64,000 bases of DNA from Squalus acanthias (lineage: Eukaryota): the NCBI GenBank assembly GCA_030390025.1, contig CM059432.1, positions 28,336,001 through 28,400,000 on the forward strand, in the 5' to 3' direction. The position numbers were made by a program, and so were the translations under genes. This document shows positions 37,372-50,683 of this stretch, piece by piece. The notes below the pieces were generated by a model. That model was not told the origin of the DNA. It saw only the letters and a list, made by a program, of their open reading frames with translations, and did no database searches. Positions within the stretch are counted from its first letter, which is position 1, and each line of letters starts with the position of its first letter.

Positions 37372-38191
37372 AATATCTCTGACCACTTATAAGGCAGAAA
37401 GAATCAAGCAGTTTGCTTGATCGGTGCCCCTGCCACTGGTCTCAATACCCACTCTTCCATCATCAGTCTACTGTGGTTGCAGTATGTACAATGTACAGGA
37501 TGCACTGCAGCAACTCACCTAGATTATTTCCACAACACTTCCCTCTGCTGAAACCTCTACCACCAAGAAGGGACACGAACAGCAATATCATGGGAACATT
37601 GTCACCTCCAAGTCACACATCATTATGACTTGGGCATATATTGCCATTCCTTCATCGCCACTGTGTCAATGTCTTGGAATTCCCTATCTAACAGCACTGT
37701 GGGAGCGCCATCAGTACAAGGACTGCACCAGTTCAAGGAGAAAGCCCTCCATCACCTTCACAGGGAAACTGGGCATGGGCAATAGATGCAGTTGCCCATA
37801 AACCAAGAACAATTTTTTTTTTAAATGTCAACACCCAGCAGGAAAGGGGAGGATAATTGGAAGCTGGGAGAGACCAGAGATACAATCAAGCCTCAATCAT
37901 GACTTGAGATTGCAAAGATTTATTTTTCCCTGTGGAGTATTGGGACGACCACTAGTTGAAAATTTAGTGCCAAATTAGGGTATTTTATTGCTATACCCAC
38001 TAGAGAATGGATTGAGATTGCCCAAAACTCTTCTGACGTAAATCCCTTACAGCTGGCGGACAGAAGGCGTCATCAGTCAAAACAAGGGCACAGAGGTGAA
38101 AGCCTACGGCTAACCCACTGCAATAACCCAGTAACAAAACAGGTTAATGTCATAATGAATCAGTTGCAAACTCTTCTCTGCGAGCACTTAC

Positions 38192-38335
38192 ATCTAAACC
38201 TGCCGGTGATCAGCAGTCGCACGGCGAGGAACCGCCGCTGCAGGATCCGGTAAATGCTGGTGTCGGTAAACGAGTGCCCAAGCTGTGGGCCAGCGAAGAT
38301 CGTGTCATAGATTTCATCCAATAATAACTCCAGAC
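38192..38335 (-). CDS. TG: Thyroglobulin exon 7 (LELLLDEIYDTIFAG...YRILQRRFLAVRLLITGRFRC)
   Basis: 144 nt inside ORF 38160..38348; characteristic TG segment; AG/GTAAGT. Confidence 0.97.
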
Positions 38336-38669
38336 CTGACAAATACAAAAGAACAGGACAGGAGCAGGCAGGGTTAGTAGCTACAACTCAACTTACTCAC
38401 TCTACCGGAGCGTTCAAGTACCTGGGAACGCAAGTTAAAAATTTGGGAGTTGGGAGTAAGAGTGGAAGCCAGGCAGAACGTTGCCCCCCAAAGAGTAATA
38501 GAGCTATGGAATAACTTACCAGGGAAGACCATTGAATTGGATCATTTCAATGGATTTGAGAAGCAATGAAAGGCGTTTCTGGAAAGAGAAGAGATTGAGC
38601 GCTTTGATGTGGGGTTGATCTAGGAGAAAGGGACTGGCCTGTTGGGCCTAATGGCCCTTTCCTGTTCAT

Positions 38670-41620
38670 AAAAATTACATAGAATTACATAGAATATACA
38701 GCACACACAGGCCATTCGACCCAACTAGTCAGTGCTGGTGTTTATACTCCACACAAGTCTCCTCCCATTCTATCGACCTCATCTCAGCCATTCAGCATAT
38801 CTTTCTATTCACTTTTCTCTCATATACGCAGCAGGTTTCCTTTTGAAAGCATCTGAGCTATTTGCCTCAACCACTTCCTGTGGTAGCGAGTTCAACATTC
38901 TAATCACTCTCTGAGTAAAGAAATTTCTCCTTATTTCTCTATTAGATTTATTTATATTGTATTTATAGCCCCTAGTTTTGGATTCTCCCACAAGTGGAAA
39001 CATTCTCTCCACATTTACCTTTCCAACCCATTCATAATTTTAAAGGCCTCTACCAGGTCACCTTTAAGTCTTCTCTTTTCTAAAGAAAAAAGGCCCAACC
39101 TGTTCAATCTTTCCCAATAGCTGTAACCTCTCAGTTCTGGTACCATCCTTGTAAATCTTTTTTGCACTTTCTCCAGTGCTTCTATGTCCTTTTTATAGTA
39201 TGGAGTCCAGAACTGTGCACAGTACGCTAAGTGTGGCCTGACCAGGATCCTATACAAGTTTAACATAACTTCACTACCTTTGAATTCTATATACCTAGAA
39301 ATAAAGCCCAGTGCTTTGTTAGCATTTTTAATTGCTTTGCTGATGTACGATGCTGTTTTTAATGATTTGTTCACCTGTATCCCTCGATCCCTTTGCTCTT
39401 CTATCCCACTGAGTTTCTTATTTTCTAAGGTGTAGGTGATGGTTCTTTTTTTCCTACTAAAATGCATCACCTCACATTTATCTATGTTAATGTTCCTTTG
39501 TCACTTAACTGCCCAGTCTGCAAGTTTTCTAATGTCTTCTTGTATTATGTTGCATTCTTCCTCAGTGTTAGCTATACCCCCCCCAGTTTGGTATCATATG
39601 CAAATTTTGATATTGAATTACTTGTTCCTAAGTCCAAATCATTAATGTAAATTATGAATAACAGTGGTCCCAGCACTGATCCTTCTTCCAATTTGAATAG
39701 CTACCCTGTACCCCAACTCACTGCTTTCTCTATTTCAGCCAATTTGCTATCCATTCAGCTATTTGTCCCGACTCCACATGCCCTAGCCTTTGTCATTAGC
39801 TTACCGTGTGGTACCTTATTGAAGGCCTTATGAAAATCCAAGTATATGACATTACTACATTACCCTTGTCTACTCTTTCCATTACCTCTTCAAACAATTC
39901 TATCAGGTTAGTTAAGCATGACTTAGCCTTTCAGGACGCATGCTGACTATTATTATATTTTCTGTCTCTAGATGCTCTTCTATCACTTCTTTTGGTATAG
40001 ATTCCAATACCACTGATGTTAAGCTGACTGGTCTATAGTTCCCAAGTTTTGTTCTATCTCCATTTTTGTCTATAGGAACAACATTAGCTGTCTGCGAGTC
40101 ATCTGACACTATCCCCTCTGCTTTTATATATATATAAACTACTGCCTCTGCTATCTCTTCCCTTGTCTCTTTGAGTATGCGTGGGTGCATACCATTTAGA
40201 CCTGGGGGTTTTATCCTCTTTTAGTTTTGCTAGTTTGTCAATTATTTTCTCCTTTTCTATTCCAACTGTATTAATATTCTTTTTAAGTTTATTTTCTAGT
40301 GAAGTATATTTTTTTATCTTCTTTCATAAAAACTGAGGCAAGGTAGTTATTCAATACTTCTGCCATTTTTCTGTCATTACCTGTGAGTTTATCTTGCTCA
40401 TCCTTTAGTGGCCCTACCCCTACTTCAATTTTCCTTTTATTATTTATGTCTAGAGAACACTTTATTATTTCTTTTTATATTCCTAGATAATTTGATGTTG
40501 TAATTTTGCTTTGCCTTTCTGATGTTTTTCTTTAACTTCTCTCCTAAATTCTTCATATTCCCTTTTGTCCTCCATTCCTTTAGTATCTAAGTACTTCTCA
40601 TATGTCTTTTTCTTTAGATTCAATTTTCCCTTCAGTTCTTTATTCATCCACGGTGCCCCATAATTAGCTTGCTTGTTTTTGGCTTTTAGTGCAATACATT
40701 TCTCTTGAACGCTATTGATTACCCTTTTAAGGATTTCCCACTGTTTTTCTGTCTCTTTGTTTGACATAATTTTCTCCCAGTTTACCTTCTTTAGTGCCAC
40801 CTCATTTACTCATAATTTTCTCTTTTCCAATCTATCATCTCTGTCCTACTTATGTCACTCTTGTTACTAATCTTAAACCTTACTATATTGTGATCACTAC
40901 TACTAAGATGCTCCCCAACTCTTACTTCTCCTATCTGTCTGGTTCATTACAAGATCCAGCAGTGATTCTTTTCTTGTTGGACTTCTTAGGTACTGAGTGA
41001 GAAAGGAGTCCTGTATACACTATAAAAACTTCCCCTTTTCTCCTTTTGCTGCTTCTTGCTGCCAGTTTATTTGGGGGTAGTTGAAATCCATATGGATTCT
41101 GTGTCAATCTTACTGCTAGTTACACTCTACTGCCATTATGTTATCTTTAACTAGTACAGCTACTCCACCCCCTTCCTTCCTAAATGTGTTCATAAATATT
41201 TAGTTGCCAATCTCTATGTAACCATGTTTCAGCCATCCCTACTGTATCCGGATCCTCTCTACAAATTATTGCCTCCAGTTCATCCATTTTGATTTGAATA
41301 CTATGTACATTTCTGTACCAATAGTTTAAATTGTTTTTATTTATTATTCCTCTCTTTGTTTTTAGTAGTTATTTTGCCTTTATGCTCTATGATCTTTATC
41401 CAATCTCTGTCCATTCATGTTATCTTTATTCCTTCCTTTAGTTTGTCCTTTACTCTGATTTCCTGATTCATTTATTGTTAGGTTTCTGCAATTTCTAGCA
41501 ATTACCTCTCCCGGTGTTATTAGTTTAAAGTCTTATTTACAGCCCGAGTTATCCTTTCCGCTAGGACCCTGGTCCCAGCCACGTTCTAGTGCTCTTAGAA
41601 TGCAAGGGCATTGCGCTCTT
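38670..41620 (-). mobile_element. Long degenerate CR1 LINE (ORF1 end, endonuclease and RT remnants)
   Basis: ORFs 39015..39470, 39912..40190 (GNYRPVSLTSV), 40483..40800 (PWMN); ORF1-end-like GTRVLAERITRAV near 41530-41580. Confidence 0.85.
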
Positions 41621-43168
41621 ATGTGTGCCAACAGTGCCAACATATGCCATTAAAGACAAGGGGGAATATTCCTCATACAAAACTCTTTATTTATGTGTCC
41701 CCTCACAGCATTATGATCGCAAGAGGATCAACCTCAGAATATACATCACATAACTCTGTGTGCCAGCCCTGGTTCAGTCGGTAGCACGCTTTTTTTTATT
41801 CGCTTATGGGATCTGGGCGTCGCTGGCAAGGCCAGCATTTATTGCCCATCCCTAGTTGCCCTTGAGAAGGTGGTGGTGAGCTGCCTTCTTGAACCGCTGC
41901 AGTCCGCGTGGTGAAGGTACTCCCACAGTGCTGTTAGGGAGGGAGTTCCAGGATTTTAACCCAGCGACGATGAAGGATCGGCGATATACTTCCAAGTCAG
42001 GATGGTGTGTGACTTGGAGGGGAACTTGGAGGTGCTGGTGTTCCCATGCACCTGCTGCCCTTGCCTCTGAGTAAGAAGGTCATGAATTCCAGTCCCACTT
42101 TGGAGTGAGCACATAATCGAGGCCAATTCCCGCTAGACTGCAGCAGCTTAAAGGAACAACAACAACTTGCATTTATATAGTGCCACTAACGTAGGGAAAC
42201 AAGGTGTTTCAGAGTCAGGCATCATCACAAACCTTTTATTTCTGGTAACTGGGATTACCAGTTCCGCAATGTCTGAGAGTTCGGACGCATGGCGCAGAGC
42301 TTCCAATTTTTTGACGGCACCAATAGAATTGCCACTGGCCCAAATCAAGATGAGAGGGGAGGTCCTAGGAAGAGGGGAAAAGGCCAGCCAAGGGAACTGC
42401 CAAGGCACAGTGAAAGGAGGTGGCTGTGGCTGTAATCCCATCGGAACAGAGCCTTAGTTTAATGGATAATCTGAAAAAAACATTGGGTGGAATTTTCATC
42501 TTTGGTGGGGGCTTGTATTAACGGGAAAAGAAAGTCAGGTGGATCCACGACAGCCCGTTTTACACCCCTGCTGAAGTTGAAAGTTCCGCCCATTATCGTT
42601 GAGGGTACAGCCATCCCTCAGTCCTTCACTAGAGCGTCAGATTATGTGTTCAATTCCTTTTCAAATACTTTGCCTCAGGGATGACACAATACAGTAAAGC
42701 ATGCCACCATGCGGTATGGGGTGCTATTGTTGTAGCTTCTCTCCACACCACTAACTGCCAGTTTTGGTTAAAAAGTCAATCCTTGCTCTGTGTTTAGTCA
42801 GAGCAGCAATTGGGATGCTACAGTTGGCCTTCGGGCCCCCGAGCTAAAGGGGAGGGGAGGGGGGAGAAATCAACCAGAGTTCCCACTCTTGACCACTGAC
42901 CTGTGACCTGGGATGCAAAGTGTGAGTATGTGCATGTCGGATGAGGCCAGGATCGAGTTTGGCTATGCTGTCTCACCACAATGGTCAACAAATAGCCTTC
43001 ACTGGCTAGGCTTCCATATGAAGAAGGGCCACATGGCAGCAGAGAGCCCATGGAGCCGTACCCCAGCAAAGAGTCGGCGATTTTTGGGGAGAAGGGGGAC
43101 AAACCCGAGGGGAAAGAATACTAATGTCTCTTGTTTTAAATGCCCTACAGTGAAGTGCAATCACTCAC

Positions 43169-43275
43169 CTGTGCCCTGAAGCTCCCGTCCCAAACTGTCA
43201 GCACAATAACAGTAACCAGAAACATCAACAAAACTCCGCCTGAAGGCACTGAATGTGCGGAATGCACCCGGGAAT
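43169..43275 (-). CDS. TG: Thyroglobulin exon 6 (FPGAFRTFSAFRRSFVDVSGYCYCADSLGRELQGTG)
   Basis: 107 nt, AG/GTGAGT bounded, SGYCxCADS motif. Confidence 0.95.
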
Positions 43276-46200
43276 CTGGGAGGGAAGGAACACAAACAAT
43301 TTCTCAAATTCCACTTTACTAAAAATACCCTGAGAACGAAAACACTATTCGCAAATTAGCACTCCCTTATTTTTAGGAATTTTTTTTATTTTTTTAAGAA
43401 CATTGTGTGCTTGTTCTGGCAAATCATGTTTGGGATATTCTTCAATAAATAACCAGGCTCCAAATTTGGAGTTCCTGATTCAACGTGAGTGTTATAATGG
43501 GTTTCCATCACAGTTTGTCCCAGTACGCCCCCTCCCATTCTCTCCTTTCATCTTCCAAAAGTGTTAAATGTGGTTGGGGTACATTTCCATGGTCGTTCCA
43601 TATCCATTGATACCTAAACAATATGAGCACATGTGAGCCCGGAGATTGAGTATCAAAGAAGAAGAGAAGGGGAGTTCTCCCTGGTGTCCTGGCAAATATT
43701 TATCCCTAAACCAGCATCACCAAAACAGATTATCTGGTAATTGTCACATTGCTGTTTGTGGGAGCTTGTTGTGTGCAAATTGGCTGCCGCGTTTCCTACA
43801 TTACAACAGTGACTACGCTTCAAAAGTGCTTCACTGGCTGTAAAGTGCTTTGGGACAACAACAACAACAACTTGTATTTATATAGCGCCTTTAACGTAGT
43901 AAAACGTCCCAAGGCGCTTCACAGGAGTATTTTAAGACAAAGAATTTGACACCAAGCCACATAAGGAGAAATTAGGGCAGGTGACCAAAAGCTTGGTCAA
44001 AGAGGTAGGTTTTAAGGGGCGTCTTAAAGGACGAAAGAGAGGTAGCGAGGCGGACAGCTTTAGGCAGGGAATTCCAGAGCTTAGGGCCTAGGCAACAGAA
44101 GGCACGGCCACCGAAGGTTGAGCGATTATAATCAGGGGTGCTCAAGAGGGCAGAATTAGAGGAGCACAGATATCTCGGGGGGTTGTGGGGCTGGAGGAGA
44201 TTACAGCGATGGGAAGGGGCGAGGCCATGCGTCAACAGAGCAGCTCCCAGCTGTTAGAGGATGCCCAAGATAGAGAAAAGAAAGAATTTGCATTTATATA
44301 GCGCATTTTACAACCTTAGAACGTCCAAAAGTACTTTACAGCAAATGGAATACTTTTGAAGTGTAGTCACTTTTGTAATGTAGGAATCGCAGCAGCCAAT
44401 TTGCGCACAGCAAGATCCCACAAACAGCAATGCAATAATGATTAGATCATCTGCTTTAAGTGTTGGTTGAGGGATAAATGCTGGCCAGGACACCAGGAGA
44501 CCTCTCCCGCTCTTCCTCAAATAGTCCACCTGAGAGGGCAGACCGGGCCTCAGTTTAACATATCCGTTTAACATCTCTCCCTCAGTACTACACTGAAGTG
44601 CCAGCCTAGGCTATGTGATTAGGTGAGAGTGCTACCATTGAGCCAAGGTTGATACCTACGATCAAATGAACATAATTGTGAGAAAAGAGCACGGGACCCA
44701 TCAAGCTCATACCATCAAGACAACGGTGTAACCCCATACATTGTTCACCCACCCTCTGACCGCACAATCCTCTGTGAGGGAGCAGCAACCCTGCGACCGA
44801 TTCAGGAAAAACTCTGGGAGATTGCTCTTCGAGTCCCTAAGGCAATCAAGCAAGCCCCATGGGACCACGATGATTCATAACTCCTCATTAGCCCTGCTAA
44901 TGAGGAACCCATCCCTTATTACGTGAAATGTCCTTTCCTCTGGTCAAGCTTCTTTCGAAGGATTGTGGAGACTCCTTGCCCACCGCGTGGTTCGACAGTT
45001 CGTCCCTGAAGTAATATCTCCAAGCTGCCCTATGGTTCCACAGGTAAATCCACTGCCTAGTGCGGGTCTTAATTCAAAAGGCCCCAGGTTCATTCCATAC
45101 TTTGTATTGAGTTAGCTGATCTCAGTTAGAGAAGTGCTCAGGATCACTGGCTTAGGGAGACGAAAAGAAAACAACCAAGGTTCACGATCTTGACCGCCAT
45201 CCAGTGGCCCATGGTGGAAATTGCTAAAATTGGAAGTCTGATCAGTAGAAGATTTGGTTCAATTGCAATACCCCTTCATGGTCAAACAGCCCACCAACAC
45301 CAACAACTAGGCCCATGTATTTCAAAACATGACCACTTGGCAAGCATTTTTTAAAATACATTCATGGGATGTGGGTGTCGCTGGCAAGGCCAGCATTTAT
45401 TGCCCATCCCTTATTGCCCTTAACTGAGTGGCTTGCTAGGCCATTTCAGAGGGCTGTTAAGAGTCAGCCACATGCTGTGAGTCTGGAGTCACATATCGGC
45501 CAGACCAGGTAAGAACAGCAGATTTCCTTCCCTAAAGGACATTATTGAATCAGATGGATTTTATATGAAAATCTGGTATATGGTCACATTACTGATACAT
45601 TTATTTAATTAACTGAATTTAAATTCTCCAGCTGCTATGGGGAGATTTTGAACTTATGTCTCCAGATCATTAGTCCAAGCCTCTGGATTACTAGTCCAGT
45701 AACATAACCACTATACTACCATTCCCTTAAGCTGGAAGAGGACAGGCAATGCCAGGGACTCCCTAACTCTGCATGGATCAAGACAGGAGGGGAGAAAATT
45801 CAGGGTTAGACTTCAATTCTTTTATTGCCATTCTATTGGTAGAAAGTGCTTTATCCTTGAAGTACTTGTCCACACCAAGTTTCCTTTTTATGGGATCCGC
45901 TCATAGATGCTGCTACAGTTTTATAGCAATATGAAATAGTCATGGCTTATAGCACAGTGGACCCCACAATGGTGTAAATTTACATTCTCTGTGCACCAGA
46001 CTGGTCAGAAATGGATCAGCTGTCCTCTTCCAGATTACACCATGTCCTTAAGATTGGTTTTGTCCTGCACTTGATCTTCCAAAAATAATTGAGCATCTCC
46101 CCCTGGTGGAGGGATGAATAACAGCAGCTGTAATTTTAGCTTTGCGTGTAGTGTTTTTGATATGTTTCTAAGTGATGAAGGTATCAACTTTGCTAAAGTA

Positions 46201-47667
46201 AGCAAATGATTATATTTTTTATGTTGTTATTTAGTTCACCAGTATAACAGGTTCACTTTTGGACCACGAGTAAACATTGTTTCCAATGCTCTCTTGGCCG
46301 GCCTCCCACCTTGCACCCTCTGTAAACTTGAGCTCATCCAAAGTCCCGTTCACACGATCACCCCTGTGCTCGCTGACATACATTGGCTCCCAGTCCGGCA
46401 ATGCTTCGATTTTAAAATTCTCATCCTTGCTTTCCATGGCCTCTCCCCTCCCTATCTCTGTAACCTGCTCCAACCCTACAACCCTCCAAGCTGTCTGCGC
46501 TCCTCCAATTCTGGCCTTTTGCGATTTTCTTTGCTCCACCATTGGTGGCCGTGCCTTCAGCTACCTAGGGCCCAAGTTCATTCAAGACTCATTGCACCGT
46601 CTCCTACTCTAACTCAATCTTTCTCAGGACGTCTAAAATGTAGAATTCCTTATCTCCAATAATCTTCTCTTCCTCCCACAACCATCTGGATTTTACAACC
46701 AAAGCTCGGTACGTATCCACTAATTGCCACTTACTGGTTTACCTTGGTTTCCCTTCCATTCCATTCAACCTGTTAGGACTACAAATCCCCCTCCCGACGA
46801 GATACGCATCGCCTGTCTCCGTCCCTACCTCAGCCCAGCAGCTGCTCAAACCCTCATCCATACCATGTTGTCGGTGTTGTTGTATGCAGCTCCATTTTGA
46901 AGGAGTTGGCCCAGACTCAACTTGCTTAGGCAGGGAGTTTAATCCGTGTCTCCACTGCTCAGGGTCAAGAGCACCTCCCATGCACTGAACACCATCATAA
47001 AGATCTCCTCTGTTCAGTAATTCTACTGAAATCACAACTTTTGCATGTTTATGGTTTCACTAGAAATAGAAGAGAGCTTCACAAAGGAATTCATAACGTC
47101 AGCAGCAACCGGAGGCATTCATCACCCTTCCCCGTGGGAACTTCTAAACTAGCGTAAGATCTGATCATTCTGAACCCATGTCCTTCAGTTCAGTGCTCCC
47201 AGTTTAAGACACATACCTTGCTAATATCATCCATGACCCTCAGCATTTTAAAGACCTGAATTGCCACAGTCCTCATCTCTGGTACCATTCTGCTAAATCT
47301 CCCCCGCACTCTCTCCAGGGCCTTGACATCTTTTAAGAAGCAAAAAGATGGGCTGATGTTTCAGCAATAGGTTTATTGCCAAGACCTAGTACTTTCGCTC
47401 CGGCGCCATGACGTTGCCTGAAGTGGGGCCGACACCCGCGTTTGTGCGTGCAAACGCGGTCACCACCGCACTTCTAGTGAAGCTACGGTGACGGGGCGGA
47501 AGCAGCTCCGAGGAAATTTCCAGCCAGGGTCCCCTCTCCAAACGTTAACGTGTGTTTTACACAGATGCTGACGGACCTACTGTGCTTTCGCAGCGTTTCC
47601 CGTTTTTCCTTCAGAACAAAAGCACTTCCGTCCTCATTTTAATTACGCTCCATTTCCTCTCCCTTAC

Positions 47668-47827
47668 CTGTTGAAGTTATTGACCAGATCGAAGACCATC
47701 ATGTCTGTTGTGTTGACAAACCTGCACTGGACGGGTAAAAACCTTCCACCTGTGGAACACTGAGGTGGTGACCTCACCCCAGCCCCATGTAGAACCCGCC
47801 GGTCTCGAACCTCACAGCTTGTGGGAC
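47668..47827 (-). CDS. TG: Thyroglobulin exon 5 (PTSCEVRDRRVLHGAGVRSPPQCSTGGRFLPVQCRFVNTTDMMVFDLVNNFNR)
   Basis: 160 nt, hand-translated, AG/GTAAG bounded, in frame with exons 4 and 6. Confidence 0.95.
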
Positions 47828-49511
47828 CTTTATTAGGTGCAAAATAATGTAGTTAAGAAAATAAAAGCTTCATCTGAGTAATTCTGGGAGGCGTCCCTCC
47901 CAATTCGGAGCCTCGCTAGTGGCGACTGGATAGGGCTATAACACCATAGCCCTGATTTTCCAACATCTGCTCACTGTTAGCGAGTCTCTGCTAGAACAGA
48001 GCCTTGCAAAGGTTCCACAAACCCCCCCCCCCCCCTCTCCATGTTAGTCATATTAGTTCAGTTAAGAGGGAGCACATCTAGGGTGAGTACACCGTGGGTT
48101 AAATTTACATCAAAGCGACTTGTACTCAACAGCATTAATATTGGTGTAACTTTGTATTTGTATTTTGAGGCTCTGCAGTCTTTATTTTTAGATTGTTATT
48201 AACTGAACTTAGTAACTAAAAGCCACATGAAGCGCCTTAACCTAAGCCTCAAAAGAGTTCTACCCCTCCCCCACTGACCACCCATTTGCCATTTTTTTTG
48301 TCGCATTTCACTGGTCATCCCCTGGCTCCTTTGAGTGAGATTACCATTTATTCCCAAATCTGAGGTAGTTTTATGTGGTGGAGCTCGGGTTACCAACACG
48401 GATTGAACATAGTCCTGAAGGTTTCATCACATGACCTCCTGTCTCCACCCACCCCGCCCACACGCTCCCGCCATTGGTCACCTGACACAGCCATTCTCGT
48501 GCCCACAGCCTTCCCACACCAATCATAGGGCCGGTGAATGGAGTTGAGGCAGAAGATCAGCCATGATCTCATTGAATGGCGGAGCAGGCTCGAGGGGCCA
48601 AATGGCCTACGCCTGCTCCTATTTCTTATGTTCTTAAAAGTGAACAGACTCTTTGACACCCGATTAGGATGATTCTTGACTGCCAGGCAAACAACCTTTT
48701 TCCCAGCTCCAATATTTTTATAACTGATAAACAAGTGTTCAAAGAAAATGAAAATAAAAATACCATTTTTTTTAAATGCCCCCTATGATTTTTCTCCCGA
48801 GTTGCTCGATGGGGTGTCCAGGAGATGAATCTTTAATTCCTAGAGACTCCAGGACAATCCTGGAGGGTTGGTAACCCTAGGTGGGGCCACACACTACTGT
48901 CTCCCACTCGGGTGAGCAAACTTTAAAACCGTCGGTGTTCTATACTATTGACAGTTCATTCCACAAACAAAATATTCAATTCATGCCTTAATTGACCTTT
49001 AATGTTGGCAGTGTGCAATCCTCCCACCTGTCTCACGAAGAGATGCCACCTGATTCAAGGGCTCCTCCCCACCCCGCAACCCAACCTCCTCTTTGGCTTC
49101 ACTGGGCCAGCACACACCCAGTTATGGCATTAATCTCCACAGTCTCAGGTTCGATTGCCAGTCTGTGCTGCCCTAGCTGAACCCACCAGGGCAGTGGTTG
49201 GCACACTACCATTGACTTCAACACCCATGGGTTCCGGCAGTGGAAAACTCGGCCATGGTTTCTGGGCCTCTGGTTGCTCTCAAGAGACCCCGGCTGCAAG
49301 GCGCCTGTGCATCTCATGTCTAAAGATTAGCCCACTGGAGTAAGGTACCAGAGAGCTGCTGGCTTCTGTGTAACCATATCCCAGCAGGAGTCAGCGCCTT
49401 CAAGAGAGAATGGGAAAACAATTGGAGGGAAAATGAAATATATATTTACTTTGAACTCTTTGCCCTTTGTAAACAAGAAAAGAGCTTTGCCTCTTTTTTT
49501 TAAACAGAAAG

Positions 49512-49910
49512 TAAGAACATAAGAACATAAGAAATAGGAGCAGGAGTAGGCCATATGGCCCCTTGAGCCTGCTCCACCATGCAATAAGATCATGGCTGAA
49601 CGTCTACATGAAATCCCGCCCTGTCCCCTTATCCCCTGATTCTCTGAGTGCCCAAAAATCTATCGATCTCAGTCTTGAATATACTCATCGCCTGAGCATC
49701 CACAGCCCTCTGGGATAGTGAATTCACAACCCTCTCAGTGAAGAAATTTCTCCTCATCTCAGTCATAAATAGTCGACCCCTTATCCTGAGACTGTGACCC
49801 CCCTAGTTCTAGACTCTCCAGCCAGGGGAAACAGCCTCTCAGCAGTTAACTTGTCAAGCCTTCGAAGAATTTGATATGTTTCAATGAGATCGCCTCTCAT
49901 TCTTCTAAAT
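49512..49910 (-). mobile_element. CR1 3' fragment directly abutting the exon 4 donor
   Basis: FRRMRGDLIETY coding text, 3' UTR and (TTCTTATG)n tail. Confidence 0.88.
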
Positions 49911-49916
49911 ACTCAC

Positions 49917-50120
49917 AGTGCACTGGGCCCTTGTTTTGACGTGTTCCATAAATCTCCATCCCGTCACTGTCGACACACCAGCACTGTCCAGGGTCAGTGT
50001 CACACTGCACAACCTCGTACTCCCCTGTCTGTGTGCACTGTGGGATATAGGAGGTACTGCTGCTATTTACATATCCGCTCACCAGAACCTGCCGGCGATG
50101 GAGCTGGCAGAAGGACAAGC
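49917..50120 (-). CDS. TG: Thyroglobulin exon 4 (LSFCQLHRRQVLVSGY...CWCVDSDGMEIYGTRQNKGPVHC)
   Basis: 204 nt inside ORF 49897..50217; complete type-1 repeat; AG and GTGAGT sites. Confidence 0.97.
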
Positions 50121-50683
50121 CTGCAGAAAAACCAAGAACAGGCAATGTGGTAACTGAAGTAAAATTATGACATTGAAGGAAATGGAAAGCATGAAAGGTA
50201 AGAACCGCAGTCATCACAACTGAGTTACAGGCTGGAATCTAATCGAGCGGTTCAGAGGGTTTATATGTAAAATAATAGATACCTGGGAGTGAGTTGCAGG
50301 CTGGAATCTAATCGAGCGGATCGTCAACATTTATCTTTGTCATCATAGAAATGAAGTGTCTGATCACTTTAAAGAAAGAGACTCCCGAATATTCTTTAAA
50401 GTGGAATTTTCTGAGCCTGTTATAACAGCTAAACTTTCCGGGTCATTTTCAGACCCGAGTCCCTGGAATCTAGAGGGTCTGCTAAAGCTTTTCAGTGGGA
50501 GGGGCCCTCTGATCATCCGATTTCTGCATTGTTCGCTATTGGTTGATATTATTTCTGTTGGTATGTACTCATATAAAATGTTTTCAGCAACAATCGTAGT
50601 GCTTTCCTGTGGGGAGCACACACTGCCTTTGGGAAGTGAAGACAGGGCTACACGGAAGTATGTCAGTACTTGCATGGGATCTC

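Noticed and set aside
47520..47620. Third hammerhead in a degenerate PLE-derived short repeat (AAACGTTAAC...ACAGATGCTG)
   Set aside because: CTGANGA core and stem II are not recognisable
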